A stretch of 64,000 nt of DNA from assembly GCA_964016885.1 (NCBI GenBank), contig OZ024740.1, positions 405,294,001-405,358,000 of the forward strand. The letters are read 5' to 3'. Source of the DNA: Eledone cirrhosa. Taxonomy: Eukaryota. A program made the translations under genes and the position numbers. The notes beneath the pieces were generated by a model. It was not told the origin of the DNA. It did no database searches and was given only the letters and a program-made list of their open reading frames with translations. Shown one piece after another: positions 54,830 to 64,000 of the stretch (positions within the stretch are counted from its first letter, which is position 1; the number at the start of each line of letters is the position of its first letter).

Positions 54830-55600
54830 ACTGCAAAGCAGCTGCAGAAACAATCGCCCACATCAGCGGCCAGTGCCCTCTTTTGAAAAGAAGGCATCTG
54901 GCTAGGCATGACCATATATGGCAATTGATAGTGGGCGAAAGCGTATGCCATGGATGGAAGATAGGCTGGGAGCCTTCCTACCGTGTAGACAAAATGAGAC
55001 TCATACCAGATGGTCGGGACGCTGGGTATGCTGGAATGACCGATAGGATCCCATAACCTCCTGGTTACTGATGGGAGCCCTGGAACACTGGTTGGGCAGC
55101 ATACACGCTCATGAGTGGGGCAGGTGTCGGGCCGCTTTGCTGTGCTATAATGTGCAGTGGCCATTAACAGGATCAAGTGAATACCCACCCATTGTAATGG
55201 AAGGCACTCTATTAAGAATGTTGAGTCATACCCATTACAAATCTGGTACTCTTTGTTGGCCTGCCTGGTATTCGGCAATTTAGGTTTTGGAAGAGGTCTA
55301 ATCTGAGATCTGCCACATGGCTTTTGGAAAGAAAGCATGGCCTCCATAATGGGCGCACTCTTAGATAACCAGTCGTTGGACTGGTCTTAAGTCGGTTACG
55401 GCGAGGATGGGCTTCTGGATGGACCCATGGAGACTGGGTCAAAGGTTGATCTGGCTTATGCTGGTGTGTCGGTACACACGCGGCCTGGGGGTTTCCAGGG
55501 TATAAATACAAGTCCCCAGCCATGTCTGTGGCATCCATCGTTTGGTTCCCCTCAGATGTCCTATGAACACTTGACCTAGTCCTGGGGATGAACGTCTCTG
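54830..55600 (+). mobile_element. Possible 3-prime remnant of an RLE-type (R2/R4/NeSL-like) element
   Basis: C..AAETIAHISGQCP followed by LARHDHIW resembles the CCHC/RHD region. Confidence 0.45.
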
Positions 55601-55989
55601 TTTTTTTTGTTCTTTAGAAATACCACGACTGTGCGTGTGAGAGACTAACTTTTCTTTCTTTTTAGAATTTTCCGATGCTGGGTTTTTTTTCTATTTTAGT
55701 AAGTTTTATAACAATCTACTTTTATTGTTGTTATTGTTATATATGGGTTTACCAAGTCTTCAGTAACATTAGCTTCTTTTTGTTTATAAAATATCATATT
55801 CTCAAGTAGTTCATCTTGCCAGATAAAAACATCTATCTTCCTCATTGATGACTTCTCTCAAGACTGATGAGACCAATCCTGGAGCTGCATTAACAATTAC
55901 TTTGACAAATTATATCATTGTTGCCAATTCTTTGTCTTGATTGTTGTTGTTGTTACTGGTGAACTCTTCTTTTTCTTCCCTCAGGGTCA

Positions 55990-58450
55990 CATGATCGCTT
56001 TCAAAGTGGGAGGCAATTTCTTCCGTGATTCTGATCCAAGAAGGTCAGTCTGTTGCAGATCACTCTAATTATGTAGGCAGGAGTAATGTAGCATGACAGT
56101 GAACTGCTTTCTTGATATGGTCTTTGTACTTTTTTTTTTTGCCTTCTATGAAAATATTGACCATCTTCAAGTCCATACAGAATTATTCTAGGTAGTCTGT
56201 TTTCAGGCCTCCTTTTGATGGCTAAACCAATGTAACTGGAGAATGCTCAACACTAGTTATACTTGCTCTTCTTAAGATATTAGTATGAAGGCACTTATCT
56301 CTCTGTTCATTGGTTGCAGTGAGTGTGAAATGATTCAAGGATTTTCACATGTCAACAAGACTGAGTTTACAACTTGCAACCATAAAGAAGGTTTGATATT
56401 CAGACTTCTCTGTATACCTCCAGCTTTGTGTGAAGTTGAAGGTCCTGATTATAAAACACTGGATAATTGCACCAATGTTCATCTCTATGATGCTATATAT
56501 CCATGATTTTCATTGAGGGTAAAAAAACGTTGGTGAGTCCTGAATCCTAGTCTGACCCTTACTTGGAAATTGGTCACTAAGCTGCAGCTCATCTGCCTTC
56601 ATCACAAGGATGAAGCCATTTGCCACTTGAAAGGTTGTTACCAAAGTGACTAAGGACTCCCATTTACCACAATGTTTTTTTTACAGGCTGCCAACCAAGG
56701 CCAACGAACTCTGTTTACCCATTGTTTGTGTTTTGGGATAGCCATTAACTTTCTTGAGTTCTTCTGTCCTTTCGTTATGTTTAGTTTTTCATCCCACAGG
56801 GTGTCCAAAAATCACCCTCCTCAACAAGTTAGCTCAGTGAGGGTTTCCAGTTTAGTCACTAATGACCCAACGATTGAAATTTTCCAGATCTCTGTGCTCT
56901 ATTTCCATCTGCTAATTCTCCATACAGGACTTGTTTTGAGATTCTAGATTCCTCCATTCATGAGACATGACAAAGGCATCACAGTCATCTGAATCTAAGT
57001 ATAGGATAGAATGATGGAACATCTACACCCTGGAACACTTCTGTATCAGGGATTTTATCCTACCATTTGATGTTGAGTACCTTCCTCAAACAGCACATGT
57101 GAATGCTTTTCAGTCTTCTTTCTTGAGTACATTGTCCAAATCTCGTTTCTATAAAGAAGAGCTGAAAAGACACTTGCCTGGTAGATGATAATTTTAATCT
57201 TTGATTTAATCTTGTTTTTCCTTAACTGAACTTGAATCAAACCAGGGTTTTCTGGAATATCAGCAGTGTATAGTCTTGAATGGTGTTGTATACATCTCTC
57301 TAGTTGTCCTTTTTTGTTCTCTTTGCTCACCATTTTCAGTCTTCAGTTTAGCTACTTTTGTGACACTCAGGCTAAGTGCTATCTTTATGAAAACATGCAC
57401 TGTTTTAGCTTCACCAAGATCTGAAACTGCTTGGATTTCTTTAGTCATTAGTCCAGTACTCATTTGTACAACTCCTTGATTCATGCTGAAAAATTGCTTT
57501 AGATTCATAGAGAGTGACTTGAGTTTACTGATTTGGATTACTTTTATATGCTAATAGTGCCTTCTTTTTGATTAAAGGCATTAGAGTTTCAGCATTTTCC
57601 CTGGCCCATATGAGCGAAACGATAATTATAGACAAAGAACTACTAACTCTAAATCTCAACATTGTTGTTCTTCTGGAGACTCAAATTACAGGCAGCAGCT
57701 CTCTCAGGGAGAAAAAGTTCACCTTCTTTTGGAAAGGCCTAAACGCTGATCAACATTGGCCTAACGGAATCAGTATTGCAATCCATAATAAGCTCGTCCA
57801 GTCAGTCAGCACACCAACAGACATTTCTGAGCAGATTGATGCTCTGCCTCCAAACAAAGATAATGTCTATTTTATCTGTGCATATACTCCCCACACTTGA
57901 TGCATCCCCAGATAAGGACATTTTCTATGACTCTTCAGCAGGGTGGGGTTAATGTCATGAACAGATAGGAACCTCTTTACATTATGGGTGATTTTAATGC
58001 ATGAGTAGGAAATTATCATCACTGCTGGCCAATCAGTGTTGGATACCACAAGATTAGGAGAATAATGAAAAGAGAGTTAAATGCTTATTAATACCTTTTA
58101 CTTGCAACAACAAGAATGGTCAGAGACTCTGTACAAGGAATGATCTTTCAATAACAAACACTCGCTTTGCTTTGAAAGAAAAAGACAATGTCTCGTAGCA
58201 TCATCTTAGATTCAGACACTAGCATCAAATTGATTTCATTTTGACATGTAAGAAGGACCTCAACTGTGTGACAATTGCAAAAGCTTTCCACAGTGTTGAC
58301 CATGATACAGATAATGCTCTAATAGTCTGCAAGGTCAAAATTGAACTAAAGGGTATCCTTTGTTTAAAACCAGTAGAAAAACCTAAGTTAAATGTTTCCT
58401 TATGCAAGAATGAGCCAAAGAAAGCTGCCTTCAGTGCAGATATAGTCAAG
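55990..58450. pseudogene. Highly decayed RTE-like pieces (RT C-terminus on minus ~55990-57260; APE domain on plus ~57560-58450)
   Basis: SALLYRNEIWTMY; VVLLETQITG..FTFFWKG..ICAYTP; QIDFIL..DTDNAL. Confidence 0.55.
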
Positions 58451-59329
58451 AGAAGAGGAGCTTTTGAGGCCTGGCATTCAGTTGAGATATGGGAAGAGAT
58501 GGGATGGCAATAGTAGTTTTTAATTTAAAGGATATTAAGCAATGTAAATAAATATCTACTTGTTTAATTCAAATTACAACAGAAATAATTATAAGGATAT
58601 TCCAAAGCTGATTTGAAATATTTGAATAAGAATGTTTCTTTCCATTTATTATTAATATAGTATACTTTTTGTTTGTCCAATGTAACAGCTAGTGTCATGA
58701 TGTTTAAAACTTTCATGTTTCTATCTAGAAAAGAAACTACCATATATACTTGTATATAAGTTCTACCAATAGATAAGATGCACCATCATTTTACATACAG
58801 CATCTACAATGTATCATATATTTTGAATTGGAAAAAAGTGATACTAAGTTTGTAAAGTAAATAATTAAAAAAATTATTTTAGCATCACTTTTGAATCCTC
58901 AGTAAATGTTAGTTTTCAGAGGATTAATGCCATTAGTTTTCAGAGGATTAATGCCATTAGTTTTCTTTGTTTTGAAAATTTTTATTTTACTAGTTAAACC
59001 TAAATAGAAAATATACTTCATTTGGAAGGTTATATTCAGATCTTTTAAAATATATATTTTTAATGTTTTGTTCAATTATCACACACATATATGCACACAT
59101 TAAAATATTTAATCCATATCTCAGATAAAAATAAAACAATGATTGGAATGCATTAAATTCCTTGTAGATTTTATAATGGTGTATAACATATTGATTCTAA
59201 GAATAAAACCAGTATAATTACTACAGCACATTCTGTAAGTGTTAAATGTCAATGTCAGTTTATGTGAATGATTTTTCTGTGTAGGATATGAATTTCTCTC
59301 CAAGTATAAAATTATTAGTATACATAACA

Positions 59330-60940
59330 TGACACAACATACAATTCAACACTATACACCACACCACACCACACAACGCTATACACCACACCACACCACA
59401 CCACACCACACCACACCACACCACACAACGCTATACACCACACAACACTCACTATACACCACACCACACAACACTATACACCACACCACACAACTCTATA
59501 CACCACACCACACCACGCTATACACCACACAACTCTATACACCACACAACTCTAAACACCACACCACACAACTCTATACACCACACCACACCACACAACA
59601 CTATACACCACACCACACAACACTATACACCACACCACACAACTCTATACACCACACAACTCTATACACCACACCACACAACGCTATACACCACACAACA
59701 CTATACACTACACCACACAACTCTATACACCACACCACACAATGCTATACACCACACAACACAACTCTATACACCACACCACACTATACACCACACCATA
59801 CCATACCATACACCACACCACACCACACCATACCACACCACACCACACCACACCACACCACACCATACCACACCACACCACACCACACTATACCACACCA
59901 CACAACACAACACTATAGACCACACCACACAACACAACACTATAGACCACACCACACAACACAACTCTATACACCACACAACACAACACCACACTATACC
60001 ACACCACACAACACACACTATACACCACACCACACAACACAACTCTATACACCACACCACACAACTCTATACACCACACCACACTATACACCACACCACA
60101 CCACACCACACTATACCATACAACACAACACTATACACCACACAACACAACTCTATACACCACACCACACAACTCTATACAGCACACCACACAACTCTAT
60201 ACAGCACACCACACCACACAACTCTATACACCACACCACACAACTCTATACAGCACACCACACCACACAACTCTATACAGCACACCACACCACACCACAC
60301 AACTCTATACACCATACCACACAACTCTATACAGCACACCACACAACTTTATACACCATACCACACAACTCTATACAGCGCACCACACCACACAACTCTA
60401 TACACCACACCACACAACTCTATACAGCACACCACACCACACAACTCTATACAGCACACCACACCACACAACTCTATACACCATACCACACCACACAACT
60501 CTATACACCACACCACACAACTCTATACACCACACCACACAACTCTATACACCACACAACACTATACACCACACCACACAACACACCACACCACACCATA
60601 CCACACCACACTATACTACACCATACAACACAACACTATAGACCACACCACACAACACAACACAACTCTATACAGCACACCACACCACACAACTCTATAC
60701 ACCATACCACATCACACAACTCTATACACCACACCACACAACTCTATACACCACACAACTCTATACACCACACAACACTATACACCACACCACACAACAC
60801 ACCACACCACACCATACCACACCACACTATACTACACCATACAACACAACACTATAGACCACACCACACAACACAACACAACTCTATACAGCACACAACA
60901 CAACTCTATACAGCACACAACACAACTCTATACAGCACAT
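59330..60940. repeat. CACAC-based compound minisatellite (caccacac / aactctata modules)
   Basis: Read directly; the 555-aa H/T-rich ORF is a by-product. Confidence 0.93.
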
Positions 60941-62310
60941 ATTCTTTAAAGAGATTCTCAACTCTAAGTACAATATTGAAATTCACTCTGCTATGATCCC
61001 TAGAGATAATATTGTTCTGAAATTTAATTTATAATTTATGAACCTCTACCAGCACATACACCCAGAGGCATATATTCTCTATACTAATCAAATCAAAATA
61101 GAAACTTCTTCAATCATGCACAGGCCATGTTGTCAATTATCGAAACTGTTTCCTATTGCAATCTTGACTTGCTAAGTACTCTGATTACTTTTCGTTTTGA
61201 AACTTAATGCTTTATTTTATACTTTATTTTACCTTTCTAAGAACTATTGTTATTTTAAACAAAGTCCTTCTGTAATATTTTTAATCTAATGAGGCATTGC
61301 AAGCAGATGTTGTAAGAACAACTGTTCATTAGTTGTAAAACTACTATCTACAAAGGTATCTCTGATATCTTTGTTTTAGAATGTGACAGATACCTACTTG
61401 AAAGGTGAATCTATCTTTATAAACTACCTCCAATATATTGTCCAATGTTTAAATTCCCTTTGTACCTTTTCTGTTGTAACTAGAATGGTCTTCACATCTT
61501 TACATTACTTGTACTCTGACTTTTTCAATAATATATACACTTCATAAAATCTATACTAAGCCCTTTTCCACACAATAGCAGCTGTCTTGAATTCCCTCTC
61601 CAAAGTTTCCCTACATAATACATTCTTATGAAATTGACAATATTTGCCTCTTACTATGGGCCTCCTCCTCAATCTTAGCTTTAGAATGTCTGATTCCAGT
61701 ACACATGTAATTTTAGGCTTTCCAGATATACTTTACATAATCAAGTTGGTTCAATTCACAGGTTAGGGTAATATACATCTATCTTCTAAGCTCAATTCTT
61801 AAAAGTTTCTCCTAACTCTGAAATTTCCTGCAGTGTTTTTTTTAGCCTTACCAATTGCACATGAAAGTTATTTCTAACTTATAAATCTTATTTTCTATTT
61901 AAGAATGCAATATATTTTTAAATTGTTTCCATCATCAATTTTGACCACTTCCTTCTTTAAACTCATATATATCATATAAATTGTGTTTATGCATACAAGA
62001 TGTTCCTAAAATAGAATAAATTAAAATCCCTATGCAAAATGATACTTCCAAATCCCTTCACTTCTATTTTGATGCCACATCATGTTGTAAAAGTTGATTA
62101 AACTAAAGTGATGGACACATTTAGATGAGTTCATATTCTGTGGGGAGAATAATTTTTCAACTAGCTAAAAAATTGTCTCTAAGACAAAGTGTGTCAGTTC
62201 TGAAATCTCAGACACCTCTTCTCCCCATGGTATATAAACTTTTCCAAACTCATGTCCTTCATTGTATAATTTTTGTTGACGTAGACTAGTACCACCATTT
62301 TTACCACATA

Positions 62311-62536
62311 TTAACTCTTTAGCATTTAAACCAGCTGTATCCAGCCAGAATCGTATAACCTCTTTCTGTTCAAACAGGCTGTAATTGGCTGCTCATACTG
62401 ATGTTAAAGCATTATTCTCAAAATAATATCGTCAAAATCTCGTAGCTTCAATATTATGTGAGATGATTAGTAAGTAAAGCCGTTACTGTGAAAATACAAC
62501 AGTAAACACAGAATAATGTAAATACTAAAGGGTTAA
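62311..62536. mobile_element. piggyBac-type MITE with TTAA target duplication
   Basis: TTAA-ctctttagcattt ... aaatactaaaggg-TTAA; imperfect TIRs. Confidence 0.6.
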
Positions 62537-62702
62537 ACTAAAGTAACTTTTAATATTCATATCTCTTCATTAAAAATATTCCATTGAGATTTACTATTAG
62601 TCTTCATATCTCTAGTGTCATCGTGGAAGATTTGAAAAAGCTGTTTATATTCATGAATATATTGAAGCTATTTATCATCTTGTTTTATCTAAAGCCTCAT
62701 CC

Positions 62703-62905
62703 CTATATATATATATATATACATGTGTGTGTGTATATATATATACACATAAGTGTGTGTGTATATATATGTGTGTATATATATATACATGTGTGTATAT
62801 ATATATACATATGTGTACATATATATGTGTATATATGTGTATCTATATATATGTGCGTATGTGTGTGTGTGTATATATATATATGTGTGTATATATATAT
62901 ATATA

Positions 62906-62938
<33 letters not shown>

Positions 62939-63765
62939 GTGTATATATATATATACATGTGTGTATATTTATATATATATATACATGTGTGTATATTTAT
63001 ATATATACATGTGTATATATATATATACATGTGTGTGTGTATATATATATACATGTGTGTGTATATATATATATACATATGTGTGTATATATATATACAT
63101 GTGTATATATATATATATACATGTGTATATATATATATATATATATACATGTGTGTATATATATATATACAGATGTGTGTATATATATATATATATACAC
63201 ATGTGTGTATATATATATATACACATGTGTGTATATATATATATACACGTGTGTATATATATATATACACGTGTGTATATATATATATACACGTGTGTAT
63301 ATATATATATACACATGTGTGTATATATATATATCTATACATGTGTGTATATATATATCTATACATGTGTGTGTACATATATATATACATACATGTATAT
63401 AAATATATACATGTGTATATATAGGCAACACGGTAAAAACCTCCCAAACCCACACTGTAAATGTGGTTGGTGTTAGGAAGGGCATCCAACTGTAGAAAAC
63501 CTGCCAGACAGTCCTATGCGAGCAAGACAATCACTCTTGCCTCAAGTGGGACTACCCCCGTCCAAACCCATGCAAGCGTGGAACACGGACGTTAAACGTT
63601 GATGATGATGATGATGATATACATGTGTATATTTATATATATACATGTGTATATTTATATATATATATATACATGTGTATATTTATATATATACATGTGT
63701 GTATATACATATATACACACATATATGTATGTATATGTATATATATATATGTGTATATATATATG

Positions 63766-63802
<37 letters not shown>

Positions 63803-63813
63803 ATATATATATG

Positions 63814-63889
<76 letters not shown>

Positions 63890-63964
63890 CACATATATAT
63901 ATATACATATATATACACATACACATATATATATATATATATACATACATATATATATATATAT
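62703..63964. repeat. (TA)n/(TG)n array with CATGTG interruptions, containing an RTE tail
   Basis: Read directly. Confidence 0.95.
63424..63617 (+). mobile_element. RTE LINE 3-prime end with (GAT)n tail
   Basis: Almost identical to the reverse complement of 8125-8320. Confidence 0.9.
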
Positions 63965-64000
63965 GGGTGTGGGTGGTTTGTCCGGGATTACTTGGAGGAA
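63965..64000 (-). mobile_element. Piece of another copy of the 17417-21556 CR1 family, continuing beyond the window
   Basis: Reverse complement of ~21384-21419 (ttcctccaagtaatcccggacaaaccacccacaccc). Confidence 0.85.

Noticed and set aside
55864-55890. CTGATGAG hammerhead-like start
   Set aside because: No GAAA and no stems I or III follow.
58909-58964. 24-bp tandem duplication
   Set aside because: Ordinary local slippage with no further structure.
59329-60996. 555-aa His/Thr/Pro-rich ORF
   Set aside because: It coincides with a CACAC minisatellite built on 5-nt modules and shows no codon-level structure.

Overview
Eukaryotic, repeat-saturated, AT-rich DNA. It is most likely cephalopod (octopus-like), inferred from the SINE types and the giant (TA)n arrays. 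No host protein-coding gene can be firmly called, and the long YIYIYI and HHTT ORFs are microsatellite artefacts. The first ~25 kb is a patchwork of interrupted (TA)n arrays carrying nested retroelements: two CR1-group LINEs, RTE LINEs, SINEs and many short inserts with hammerhead ribozymes (HHRs). The rest holds a Penelope-like element (RT plus C-terminal GIY-YIG), a Tx1/L1 LINE, RLE-type LINE remnants, decayed RTEs, tRNA-derived SINEs, a TTAA-flanked MITE and a CACAC-based minisatellite. The main finding is two sequence-divergent, non-coding, tandemly repeated retrozyme-like families (466-nt and ~409-nt units). They share one architecture supported by compensatory base changes: an octamer plus TATA-like block at identical spacing, a type I HHR with extended UA-bulged stem I, AACA loop II and palindromic ACUAGU stem III, a UUUA-loop hairpin, an RY-rich domain, and a hairpin followed by a U-tract. 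Copies are circularly permuted, sit in (TA)n, and one forms a head-to-head insertion. Further HHR families and fold-back inserts occupy the same arrays, next to a candidate mobilising Penelope-like element. All structures were read by eye, with no folding or database searches, and element boundaries are approximate.
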